Assembly: GCA_029259175.1 (NCBI GenBank)
Contig: JAPDJH010000004.1
Span: forward strand, 32,001-96,000
Origin: Hadesarchaea archaeon
GTDB lineage: Archaea; Hadarchaeota; Hadarchaeia; Hadarchaeales; Hadarchaeaceae
Reading direction: 5' to 3'
DNA: 64,000 nt
Position 1 is the stretch's first letter; each line of letters starts with the position of its first letter. The position numbers and the translations under genes are program-made. A model generated the notes under the pieces. It was not told the origin of the DNA. It worked only from the letters and a program-made list of their open reading frames with translations, and searched no databases. Shown piece after piece: positions 1 through 9,073 of this stretch.

Positions 1-222
1 CTGCTTTGCTCGCTCTTGGAGCTTCATCAAAATATAGTTTCTGGCCTGCACAGCATCGGCTTCCCCCTCCAACGAGCGACTGATCTGTTGCAACCGCTTG
101 GATGCAAAAAGCTCAAAAGCCATCTCAACATCGGCATCGGAGAGCGGCGCATCCTTCACCTTATCTACCAGCACCTCAGACGCTTTTTCAACTATCCAGT
201 CCAATTGCGAGAAATCTCTCAC
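1..222 (-). CDS. hypothetical protein, runs off the left edge of the window
   Basis: Manual translation from GTG at 222 gives MRDFSQLDWIVEKASEVLVDKVKDAPLSDADVEMAFELF...KLQERAKQ, open to base 1; divergent from the nitroreductase; absent from the ORF track because no stop is in the window. Confidence 0.6.
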   Translation of the reverse strand, partial: MRDFSQLDWIVEKASEVLVDKVKDAPLSDADVEMAFELFASKRLQQISRSLEGEADAVQARNYILMKLQERAKQ

Positions 223-267
223 TGAAACCCCAACTCTTTTATTCGCCAGCTTAAAAATAACCTTGCT

Positions 268-789
268 ATGGACGTGTTCGAAGCAATTCACGGCAGGCGA
301 AGTATCCGAGCCTATACGAGCGATCCAGTCCCCGAAGAAGACCTGAAACGAATTCTAGAAGCAGCGATTGCTGCCCCAAGCGCAGGAAACCGGCAACCCT
401 GGGAATTCGTCGTTGTGCGAGATCAAGAACAAAAACACAAGCTCGCCGATGCCGCCCTGGGCCAGTCCTTCATCGAAGAGGCCCCCGTAGCAATAGTGGT
501 GTGCGCAAACTTTCCGCGAACAGTCAGGGTTTACGGTGAACGGGCCAGAAGGCTCTACTGCATCCAAGACACTGCAGCAGCAGTTCAAAACATCCACTTG
601 GCCGCATATGCTCTGGGATACGGAACGTGCTGGGTGGGGGCTTTCGACGACGAGCGTGTGGCGGAAGTCATCGGATGCCCCAAAGACGTCAGACCGGTAG
701 CCATAATCCCGATCGGAAAACCCGCCGAAAAGCCTTCCGCAACACCGCGCTTGCCTCTGAACAAAGTCGTCCATCGTGAGCGCTTCTAG
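268..789 (+). CDS. nitroreductase family flavoprotein
   Basis: RRSIRAY, APSAGNRQPWEF and LGYGTCWVG motifs. Confidence 0.93.
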   Translation: MDVFEAIHGRRSIRAYTSDPVPEEDLKRILEAAIAAPSAGNRQPWEFVVVRDQEQKHKLADAALGQSFIEEAPVAIVVCANFPRTVRVYGERARRLYCIQDTAAAVQNIHLAAYALGYGTCWVGAFDDERVAEVIGCPKDVRPVAIIPIGKPAEKPSATPRLPLNKVVHRERF

Positions 790-1664
790 CCGGTGCGACG
801 CGGGCCACCGCGGGCGAGCCGGGCAACAAAGAAGTTATCTTCCACCACGTCTGATAGGGCCCTCTTCACGGCCTGAAGCTTTTCCCTTCTCACCAACGCG
901 AATACCGCGCGCCCCAGCATGACCTGGCTGGCCCCGATAGAACCAGCGCCCTCCATAACCCGAGCAATCGATCTGAGTTCTGAGTCAAACAATCCCAGCG
1001 ACTCGGCGAAGTTCCTCGAAGCCCGCAGAAAACTTTTCGTGGATGGGGACTTCCAAACCATTTCGAATGCTTGTCTGCCAGCCGAACGACACCGGCTCAC
1101 AAAATCTTCATCCGTGAGCAAACGCCGAGTTTTGAGTCCGCCCAAAACACACACGACGACTCGAATATCTGGTGAAACCTCGAGTCGCATCCAGCGACCA
1201 TAAGGGGGGGCTCCCGGTTCGAGCGTGAGAACCAAAGAGCCCAGCGCCTGAGCCGAGACATCACCCAAACCCGTCCTGCACACGACCTCTGCGCGGTGCG
1301 CGGTTCTTACCAACTGCTCCTCGGGCAGGGGCAAACCCAAGGCGTCGGCAATGGCAAATGCGGCTCCGAGTGCTCCAGCACCGCTTGCTCCCAGACCGGC
1401 ACCTACCGGGACTTCACACCTGTGCAAAACCTGGAGTGTTGCGTCTCGCGCAAGTGTTCGGACGACTTCTAAAGTCGTCGGCGCTTTTGCTGTCTTTCCA
1501 TTAATGGTCACGCGAATCCTCCCACTCGCTTTCGCCCTGACTTCCGTAACCACTCCAACATCTAGGCACGGCCCACAATTTCGAGACCCCGTGCGCATCG
1601 GGTCTTCGTGGAAAAATGGTTCAAAGAATCCGGAGATGTGTGCTGGAACCCACCACTCGACCAT
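786..1664 (-). CDS. pok: pantoate kinase (GHMP family, archaeal CoA pathway)
   Basis: VPAHISGFF, PVGAGLGASGA, AHRAEVVCRTGLGDV, SQVMLG; next to coaBC; start moved to ATG 1664. Confidence 0.9.
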   Translation of the reverse strand: MVEWWVPAHISGFFEPFFHEDPMRTGSRNCGPCLDVGVVTEVRAKASGRIRVTINGKTAKAPTTLEVVRTLARDATLQVLHRCEVPVGAGLGASGAGALGAAFAIADALGLPLPEEQLVRTAHRAEVVCRTGLGDVSAQALGSLVLTLEPGAPPYGRWMRLEVSPDIRVVVCVLGGLKTRRLLTDEDFVSRCRSAGRQAFEMVWKSPSTKSFLRASRNFAESLGLFDSELRSIARVMEGAGSIGASQVMLGRAVFALVRREKLQAVKRALSDVVEDNFFVARLARGGPRRTG

Positions 1665-1755
1665 ACTAACGCCCGTGTTCTCTGGTATCACCGACTAATA
1701 AACCCGCTAGAAAACAGTTGTTCTACCATTCAATCTTCTTCCGGAAGTGCGCGCT

Positions 1756-2979
1756 CTAGCGGCGGTTTTTCAACATCTGTAAAGCCAAGTCCAAGACCTC
1801 GCGGGCTATCCGCTCCTTCGACCCGCTGAGCTTCTGTTGGAGGCCGTGCGTGAGCACCACCACTTCATTCGTGTCCGTTCCGAATCCGGCCCCCGGTCTG
1901 GCCACATCATTTGCCACCACAATGTCAAGCCGGTCGCCAAGGAGCTTCTGCCTCCCAACCTGCTCGAGCTCCTCATCGCTGACTCCGTGCTCCGCCTTGA
2001 ACCCGATCAAGCAAGCATTGGGGAGTCTTTCTTTGACCCTCGCGTCCACAATCCGTGGTGCGGGCTTGAGCTTGAGCACCGTTTCCCGATCGTGGCGAAG
2101 CTTGGTCGGAGCCGGAGACTCAACGACGAAATCCTGCGGCGCTGCTGCGCTGACCACGATGTCCGGCTCGTTTTCCAGCTCCCGGTCAAACGCTTCCTTC
2201 ATCTCTCGAGTGGTCGTAACACGGATCACTTTAACTCCAGGCGGCGGTGTTTCCGTCCCGGGACCGTAGATCAAACACACATCGGCACCGCGCAGGGCTG
2301 CAACTCGTGCAAATGCCATTCCCATCTTACCCGTACTCGGGTTGGTGATGTGTTTGATCGGATCTATGGGCTCAACGGTGGGGCCAGCCGTAACAAGCAC
2401 TTTCAGTCCACGCATATCGCGAGGGCCGAGCAGAGAGACCATCCTATCGACCACCCTTTCCACCGGTGGAAACTTGGCCTTGCCTTCCTCAACCGACGGT
2501 TCGACCACCTCTATCCCCATCGCTCTGAGCTTCTCGAGATTCTCCTTCACCCCCGGGTGCTGGTACATGGAGAGGTGCATCGCCGGAACTACCGCTACCG
2601 GCTTTTTCAGACCCAGGGCGACCGAGACCACAGAAGTGACCGGAGTATCATCAATGGCATGCGCGATCTTGCCCAGCGTGTTGGCCGTTGCTGGGGCCAC
2701 GACGACCGCATCAGCCCACTGGGCCAACTCCACATGCTCGATCCGCCCGGAAAGAGAAGTGATCACCTCGTTGCCGCTCGCCCAGTGAAAGAGTTGTGGC
2801 GTCACCAACTTGGCCCCCTCCTCTGACATCACCACTCTCACTTCTGCTCCGTGTCGCATCAGCTCACGAACCAGGTCAACAGAGCGGATTGCTGCTACGC
2901 TGCCGGTGACTCCGACCACTATTTTTCGGTCGCGCAGTTCGTCACCTTTGGAGCCCACGATATCCTTAGAGGGATGCAT
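1756..2979 (-). CDS. coaBC: bifunctional phosphopantothenoylcysteine decarboxylase/synthetase
   Basis: GVTGSVAA, APATANTLGK, PAMH, VTAGPTVEPIDPIKHITNPSTGKMG, GFKAE, VANDV. Confidence 0.96.
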   Translation of the reverse strand: MHPSKDIVGSKGDELRDRKIVVGVTGSVAAIRSVDLVRELMRHGAEVRVVMSEEGAKLVTPQLFHWASGNEVITSLSGRIEHVELAQWADAVVVAPATANTLGKIAHAIDDTPVTSVVSVALGLKKPVAVVPAMHLSMYQHPGVKENLEKLRAMGIEVVEPSVEEGKAKFPPVERVVDRMVSLLGPRDMRGLKVLVTAGPTVEPIDPIKHITNPSTGKMGMAFARVAALRGADVCLIYGPGTETPPPGVKVIRVTTTREMKEAFDRELENEPDIVVSAAAPQDFVVESPAPTKLRHDRETVLKLKPAPRIVDARVKERLPNACLIGFKAEHGVSDEELEQVGRQKLLGDRLDIVVANDVARPGAGFGTDTNEVVVLTHGLQQKLSGSKERIAREVLDLALQMLKNRR

Positions 2980-3013
2980 CAAAACAACTCGCTCATAACT
3001 CCTCTAAAAACCA

Positions 3014-3487
3014 TCACTTTTTGAGAATCTTGCCGTGCTCGTCCATCTCACCGTAGCGGATGCGTATGGCCGAAATCGGAGTTCCATCTTCGGCGAGCAC
3101 CCACGGCACCTCCACCACATGGAGCGGTTTCAATCCTTTCTCTCGCCTGCGCCTATTGATCTCCTCCGCCCCTTTACGGGTCTCGGGACTCACCACGATT
3201 GCCTCTGCTTCCGGATCCTCTGTTGCTGGACCGAGGGGATCGTTGAGGATCACGAGTTCCGTGCGCTCGAGCGCTCCCAGCTCGTTCACAAAGCTCAAAA
3301 CCGAATGCACGCGAACGGCTAGCGGACGGATTCCGGCCGAGTCTTTCCTGAGCAGCTCCTGCATCTGATCCGAACAAACGCCCACAACCACCCGCTCGCC
3401 GATCTCGAACGCCCGCTTGAGCAAAGCCCTGTGCCCGTCATGGAAGTAGTCAAATGTTCCTCCAACCATCACTTTCCGATACTTCAC
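3014..3487 (-). CDS. coaD: phosphopantetheine adenylyltransferase, archaeal type
   Basis: VGGTFDYFHDGH, IVVSPET, IN..R...GL.PL, PISAIRIR; GTG start overlaps the proA stop (GTGA). Confidence 0.9.
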   Translation of the reverse strand: MKYRKVMVGGTFDYFHDGHRALLKRAFEIGERVVVGVCSDQMQELLRKDSAGIRPLAVRVHSVLSFVNELGALERTELVILNDPLGPATEDPEAEAIVVSPETRKGAEEINRRRREKGLKPLHVVEVPWVLAEDGTPISAIRIRYGEMDEHGKILKK

Positions 3488-4809
3488 CCTAGTGCCTCCC
3501 TCCACTCCCTGCGGAGCGGTCGGTGGGTGAACCGTTTCGCTCGCTCTCCCACGTAGTCAGCCACCACGTGTCCCCTTCCGACCACCACATACTTGGTGGT
3601 GGTGAGCCCTTCTAATCCCACTGGCCCGCGTGCGTGAATCTTGGTGGTGCTTATCCCGACTTCGGCGCCAAGCCCATAACGGTACCCGTCGCTAAAGCGT
3701 GTGGACGCGTTGACCATCACGCTGGAGGAGTCCACCCCCTCCACGAACTCCAGTGCGGCTTTCTTGCTTTCCGTCACTATCGCATCTGTGTGTCCAGAGC
3801 CGTATCGGTTTATGTGATCTACAGCTTCCTGCAACGAGTTCACCACACGAACCGACACCACCAAATCCAAATACTCCGTGCGCCAGTCCTCCTCGGTCGC
3901 TGGTTTTGCCCACGGGAGAATCCGCCTAGCGCGCGGGCACCCCCGGATCTCCACCCCGGCTTGCCGGTAAAGATCGCCCAGTTTAGAAAGAAAGCGATCG
4001 GCGAGCTTCGAGTGCACCAGAATCGTTTCCACCGCGTTGCACACCGCCGGGTACTGCACCTTGGCATCGTAGCATATGCTAACGGCTTTCGAGAGATCTG
4101 CGTGTTCATCCACATACACATGGCATATACCCTCCGCGTGCCCCAGCACCGGAATCCGCGTGTTCGCCTGCACGTACTGGATAAAGGCCTTGCTCCCGCG
4201 CGGAATCAGCAAATCCACGTATTGGTCGAGCTTTAAGAGCTCCCGCACCTCCTCCCGCGCTTCTATGAGCTGGATCCAGCCGCGCGGGATACCAACGGCC
4301 TCCGTTTCTCGCTTGATGAGCTCGAAAAACGCACGATTGGAGTGGACGGCCTCTCGGCCGCCCTTCATTATCACAGCGTTCCCGGATTTGAGACACAGCG
4401 AAGCGATCTGTGGCAGCACATCGGGGCGCGCTTCAAAAACGGTTCCGATCACCCCTATGGGGCACGTGACCTTGTAGACCTCCAGCCCCTTGTCCATTTC
4501 CATTGCGTAAACCGTCTTACCTAGCGGATCTGGCAAGCGCGCTACGCTGCGCACCATTTCAGCCACGGCACGCACTTTGGACGGACTGAGCTTCAGGCGC
4601 TGTAAGGTCGCGGCGGTGAGCTCCCCCCGCTCAACCATGCGCTCGCCTTCGCGCATGTCTTTTGCGTTGGCGCGGAGCAATTGGTCCTCAGACTGCTCGA
4701 CCGCTTTAGCCACGCGCAACAGCGCGCGGTTCCTTACTTTTAGCGGAGTCTTGGCCAGCCGCAAAGCCGCTTCTCGCGCGGCCTTTGCCTTTTCCACCAC
4801 TTCCGCCAT
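3484..4809 (-). CDS. proA: gamma-glutamyl phosphate reductase
   Basis: PIGVIGTVFEARP, KGGREA, CNAVET, SGHTDAI, NASTRFSDG, STTKIHARGP. Confidence 0.96.
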   Translation of the reverse strand: MAEVVEKAKAAREAALRLAKTPLKVRNRALLRVAKAVEQSEDQLLRANAKDMREGERMVERGELTAATLQRLKLSPSKVRAVAEMVRSVARLPDPLGKTVYAMEMDKGLEVYKVTCPIGVIGTVFEARPDVLPQIASLCLKSGNAVIMKGGREAVHSNRAFFELIKRETEAVGIPRGWIQLIEAREEVRELLKLDQYVDLLIPRGSKAFIQYVQANTRIPVLGHAEGICHVYVDEHADLSKAVSICYDAKVQYPAVCNAVETILVHSKLADRFLSKLGDLYRQAGVEIRGCPRARRILPWAKPATEEDWRTEYLDLVVSVRVVNSLQEAVDHINRYGSGHTDAIVTESKKAALEFVEGVDSSSVMVNASTRFSDGYRYGLGAEVGISTTKIHARGPVGLEGLTTTKYVVVGRGHVVADYVGERAKRFTHRPLRREWREALG

Positions 4810-5600
4810 CAGTCCACCCTCGGCAGGAAGAGTGTGCCCACTTCTTCCCCTTTCAAAATGGATTTCAGCACGTGGGGGTGCCGGCTGTGAGCGATCACAA
4901 CCGCGATCCCGGCCTCTGACGCCATGCGCGCGGCTTGAATCTTGGTAAACATTCCACCAAACTTTTTCGATGTCCTGAATGCCGTGCGCTCGAGCTGCGG
5001 CGTGACGCGCTCCACTAGAGAGAGACGCTTTCTTTCTCTTCCCCGTTTCACATAGACCCCGTCCACGTCGGAGAGCAACACCAACAAATCCGCTTTCGCT
5101 CCTTTGGCCACATAGGCCGAAAGCAAATCGTTGTCCCCTACCATTATCTCTTCAGTCGCCACCGTGTCGTTCTCGTTGATTATGGGCACCACGCCCCACC
5201 GGAGCAGAGTGGAGAGGGTGTTCTTGAAGTTTCTATATCGCGTAGCGTTTGTGAAGTCCTCCGCTGAAAGAAGCATCTGGGCCACCGGCTGTTTCCACCG
5301 ACTGAAAAAGCGCTCATACGTTTGCATGAGCAGACTCTGGCCCACAGCTGCAACCGCTTGAAGTTCCGAGAGTTTGCGAGGCCTCGAAACAATTCCCAAA
5401 CGCCCCATCCCGGCTCCTATTGCCCCGGACGTGACCACCAAAACCTCCCGCTTCAATCGCCGCACCTCCATGACATCGTTCACCAGCTTGGAGACCTTCT
5501 TGACATCGAGCTTTCCGTTAGTGGTAAGGCTCTTCGTTCCTATCTTCACGACCATACGTTTGACTGACTTCAAGCCGTCGCGATTCTGTAAGCACTTCAT
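4809..5600 (-). CDS. proB: glutamate 5-kinase (no PUA domain)
   Basis: VVKIGT, VTSGAIGAG, AAVGQ, PIINENDTV, GDNDLLSA, GGMFTKIQAA. Confidence 0.95.
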   Translation of the reverse strand: MKCLQNRDGLKSVKRMVVKIGTKSLTTNGKLDVKKVSKLVNDVMEVRRLKREVLVVTSGAIGAGMGRLGIVSRPRKLSELQAVAAVGQSLLMQTYERFFSRWKQPVAQMLLSAEDFTNATRYRNFKNTLSTLLRWGVVPIINENDTVATEEIMVGDNDLLSAYVAKGAKADLLVLLSDVDGVYVKRGRERKRLSLVERVTPQLERTAFRTSKKFGGMFTKIQAARMASEAGIAVVIAHSRHPHVLKSILKGEEVGTLFLPRVD

Positions 5601-6787
5601 ATCTCGTCCACCTTCTCTAGCTGTTTCAAAACATTTTTCCTTATTTGGTCTGGCGAGGGCAATCGACCCACTATCTTACCCTTCCGGATAAGAGGTTTGA
5701 GCGCCTGAGTGGTCTTGTGCCCACACCGAGGACACGTGGGTGCTCTGGAACCTGCAGGCGTGAGCACAAAACACAAACAGCGTTCGCACCGCCAAACCCT
5801 TTTTCTACCGCTGAGCTTCCCGCGCTTGGCCTCTGGCCGGCCTTCGATCTCCACCAAATCCATTGCGAAGTCAACTGTAGGTGCGTTTGTTATGGACGTC
5901 CCAACACCAAAACCATCTGCCCCTGCGTTGCAGAGCTCGCGAATGTTTTGGTCGCTTATTCCTCCAGAAACGAAGATCTTGACTCTCGAGAAACCGCGCA
6001 GGTCGAGCTCCCATCGGACCTCGCGAACGATCTCAGCTAAGCTTCCCTTTCTTGATCCCGGTGTATCGAGTCTGACACCCGCAAGGCGGCGCCCAAGAGC
6101 CTCGGCTGCCATAAGGGCTTCGGCCTTCTCATCGAAACGGGTGTCCACCAAAGCTATTCGCGGAACGTCAGGCGGCATGATCTCGTCGAACGCCCGCCAG
6201 GCCTCGATCTGATTCCCGAAGCACAAAATCAGCGAGTGCGGCATAGTTCCCATGGGCTTTCGCTTTATGGTCTCTGCCCCGATAAGGCTCGAAACCCCAT
6301 CAAAACCACCGACATAGGAAGCACGGTCCAGCATCGGGGCCAGCGCCGGGTGAGCTCTCCGGATCCCGAAGGCCAGCAGCGTTTTGTCCCACGCCAGCTT
6401 TCTTATCCGAGCTGCCATCGTAGCCACGCCACTCGCCTGACACAACAGTCCAAGCAGAGGTGTCTCAAACTCGCAGTACTTCGCGTAGGGGCCTTCGATC
6501 ACAAGTACGGGGATCCGACGACCGCTGAAATCAAAGGGTCTGAAAATCGTGCCCTCCGGCATACAGTCCACATCCACTGGCAGACCTTCGAGCAAATGCG
6601 CGACCTCTTCCACTCCGCACAGAACCGCCCACGGCCACCCACGCGGAAGTGCTCCGCTCGTCACCTCTGCAAGTGCCCGGAGATTTTCCATTCCTTTGGC
6701 CTCTAAGACCTGTCTGGTCCGCACAAAGTAGACGTCGGTGGTTTTGCCGCTCTTGATATCAGCCTCGGACGCAACGTGAAACTTCAT
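5597..6787 (-). CDS. pncB: nicotinate phosphoribosyltransferase with C-terminal Zn ribbon
   Basis: TDVYF, FGIRRAHP, GTMPHS, LVDT, VRLDTP, GVGTSI; CERC...CPRC; ATGA overlap with the upstream gene. Confidence 0.93.
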   Translation of the reverse strand: MKFHVASEADIKSGKTTDVYFVRTRQVLEAKGMENLRALAEVTSGALPRGWPWAVLCGVEEVAHLLEGLPVDVDCMPEGTIFRPFDFSGRRIPVLVIEGPYAKYCEFETPLLGLLCQASGVATMAARIRKLAWDKTLLAFGIRRAHPALAPMLDRASYVGGFDGVSSLIGAETIKRKPMGTMPHSLILCFGNQIEAWRAFDEIMPPDVPRIALVDTRFDEKAEALMAAEALGRRLAGVRLDTPGSRKGSLAEIVREVRWELDLRGFSRVKIFVSGGISDQNIRELCNAGADGFGVGTSITNAPTVDFAMDLVEIEGRPEAKRGKLSGRKRVWRCERCLCFVLTPAGSRAPTCPRCGHKTTQALKPLIRKGKIVGRLPSPDQIRKNVLKQLEKVDEI

Positions 6788-7326
6788 TGGGCTTCCCATT
6801 CCTGCATCAACTCCGTGGATTTTACTATTCTGGCTCCGTACAGTTGCTTCATTGTTTCAAGTGCTTGCCGATGGAGTTCGTCCTCTACAGCGGCCGTGCA
6901 GTCCTCTGGAACCGTTATCTCGTACCCTCGGAAGTGGGCGTCGGCGGCGGTGTGTTGAACACAGATGTTGGTAACCACACCCGTGAGAATCACCTCTCTT
7001 ATCCCTCGGTCCTGAAGAAATCCGTGCAATCCCGTTTCAAAGAACGCGCTATACGTGTGCTTCTTAAAAACGGCGTCTTCTGACTGAGGGCTCAGCTCGT
7101 CCACTATCTGCGCACCCTCGCTTCCTTCCATCGCGTGCTCCCCCCACACCCGGAGTTCCGGATCACCTGGTCTGTGGGCATCGCAGACATAGACCACGGG
7201 GTACCCCACGCGCCGGGCAGCTTCGAGCAACGCGCGTATGGTGGGGATTATCTGCCGGGCTCTCGGAGATCCGAACTTGCCCGTCACAAAATCCTTGATC
7301 ATGTCGATTACGAGAACGGCTTTCAT
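6784..7326 (-). CDS. pncA: nicotinamidase / isochorismatase-family cysteine hydrolase
   Basis: VIDMIKDF, DAH, WGEHA, KHTYSAF, GVVTNICV; coupled to pncB. Confidence 0.8.
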   Translation of the reverse strand: MKAVLVIDMIKDFVTGKFGSPRARQIIPTIRALLEAARRVGYPVVYVCDAHRPGDPELRVWGEHAMEGSEGAQIVDELSPQSEDAVFKKHTYSAFFETGLHGFLQDRGIREVILTGVVTNICVQHTAADAHFRGYEITVPEDCTAAVEDELHRQALETMKQLYGARIVKSTELMQEWEAQ

Positions 7327-7388
7327 CCCGAACCCCATAATCATCAATTCTCACCACTAATAAACTCTCGTTAGTCTGGTGGATGGAA

Positions 7389-7928
7389 CTATTTCGTGCA
7401 CACGCAGAAAACGTCCTCGCTATCAGGAATATTTCCCGAGTCTTTGATTCGCAACTGTGCGCTGGTAGCTAAATTTCGAAGCGTGATGTGCGTATGCTTG
7501 CGTTTGAGAGATGTGAGCACCGCGAGCCCACCCTCTCTCAGCACGCGAGCAATCTCGTTTAGCACGCGCTCTGGAGAAGGCGCGTTCTGAATCACCGTTG
7601 CAGACACAACAACATCGAAACTTCCGTTGGTGAACGGAAGAGATTCGGCGTCGGCCAAAACGAGCCGTACCTCAGGTACGCGTTCGCGTGCAAGTCGGAT
7701 CATGCGCTCAGAAAAATCGATGCCTACCAACCTCGCGCTTAGTGGCCGAAGTAACTCCAGAAGAAGGCCTGATCCACAGCCAACATCCAAGACACTACCC
7801 ATTCGCCGCGGCAGATATCGGAGAATCCATCGGTGTTTGTACTTCTGAATGCTTTCATAGCGTCGATCATAAACCGATGCAGTCTCGTTGTAGAGCATCA
7901 TCAGCTCGCGTTTGCGCTCCACATCCAT
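7389..7928 (-). CDS. class I SAM-dependent methyltransferase
   Basis: VLDVGCGSG, GIDFS, DAESLPF..SFDVV. Confidence 0.9.
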   Translation of the reverse strand: MDVERKRELMMLYNETASVYDRRYESIQKYKHRWILRYLPRRMGSVLDVGCGSGLLLELLRPLSARLVGIDFSERMIRLARERVPEVRLVLADAESLPFTNGSFDVVVSATVIQNAPSPERVLNEIARVLREGGLAVLTSLKRKHTHITLRNLATSAQLRIKDSGNIPDSEDVFCVCTK

Positions 7929-7973
7929 TCTTTTGGCGGGAGAGTTTTTAGACCCGAACTCCTACTAGCATTG

Positions 7974-9053
7974 ATGTGGTTGCGCCGCCGTGTGCTGAAG
8001 CTCAAAAAGAAAATGGAGCTGTTGGGATTGGACGCATTTGTCGTGGCAAAAAGCGGCTTCTACTTTTCGGGAACCACAGCATGCAAAATGGTTGTGATCC
8101 CATCGGACGGTGAGCCAATACTAATATGCAGTCGACTGGAACGGGAGCGCGCGGCGGCTGAGAGCTGGATAAAAGACGTTCGAGCGTTCTCGGCATGGAA
8201 AGCACCCTTGCGGAGCGGCGAGCGGGTGTACTTCATGAGGCCCCACGAACTGCTAGATTCCTGTTTGGAATCTATCGGAGCAAGATTCGTTGGATACGAA
8301 GGCCTTCCTTCTTCTACGGTGCGAGCCCTAAAAAAGACTGGCAAACGGAATTGCGTAGAGTTGTCCAAATGGGTTCAAGAGCTGAGAGCGATCAAAGATC
8401 CTAGTGAAATAAAACTGCTCCGAAAATCCGCGCAGATCGCCAGTAGAGGGATGCGCGCCGCTCTAGAGACCCTGCGCCCTGGCATAAGAGAGATCGATGT
8501 TGCCGCACAAGCAGAATATGAAATGCGAAAACGTGGAAGCACCGGAACTCCCTTTCCCACCATAGTCGCGTCCGGAAAAAACTCTGCACTGCCTCACGCC
8601 AGTGCTACCGAGAAAAAGATCAGAAGAGGAGAGCTCGTCGTAATCGACTTGGGCGCCACGTATAGGGGCTATGCCTCCGATTGTACCCGAACGTGGGGTG
8701 TGGGACTCTCTAAGAAACGGCTGCGGCTGGTAGAAATCGTTAAACGGGCACAGAAATCGGCTGTAGCTAGGCTCCGCGATGGAATGATGGTCAAAGAAAT
8801 CTGTGCCGCCGCGAATCAGGTGCTGAACCGAGCAGGCCTCCTTCGAGATTCGCTCCACGGACTCGGGCATGGTGTCGGAATAGAAATACACGAACTTCCC
8901 TCTCTCTATCCCGGATCTAAAGAAGTGTTGAAAAGCGGAATGGTGCTTACGGTAGAGCCCGGGGTGTATTGCCGGAACATCGGAGGTGCTCGTTGGGAAG
9001 ACATGTTTTTGATTAAAAAGAACGACGCCGAGCAACTCACGATGACTACTTAA
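7974..9053 (+). CDS. Xaa-Pro aminopeptidase/dipeptidase (M24B)
   Basis: LRAIKDPSEI, PHA, IDLGA..YASDCTRT, HGLGHGVGIEIHE, VEPG, RWED; start moved to ATG 7974. Confidence 0.92.
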   Translation: MWLRRRVLKLKKKMELLGLDAFVVAKSGFYFSGTTACKMVVIPSDGEPILICSRLERERAAAESWIKDVRAFSAWKAPLRSGERVYFMRPHELLDSCLESIGARFVGYEGLPSSTVRALKKTGKRNCVELSKWVQELRAIKDPSEIKLLRKSAQIASRGMRAALETLRPGIREIDVAAQAEYEMRKRGSTGTPFPTIVASGKNSALPHASATEKKIRRGELVVIDLGATYRGYASDCTRTWGVGLSKKRLRLVEIVKRAQKSAVARLRDGMMVKEICAAANQVLNRAGLLRDSLHGLGHGVGIEIHELPSLYPGSKEVLKSGMVLTVEPGVYCRNIGGARWEDMFLIKKNDAEQLTMTT

Positions 9054-9073
9054 GTCAGTGTACCATAGGGGCT

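Noticed and set aside
1837-2826. Long antisense ORFs (also 3634-4236, 9095-10030, 11876-12526, 39914-40846, 52305-52907)
   Set aside because: They are shadows of well-supported genes on the opposite strand and show no recognisable motifs
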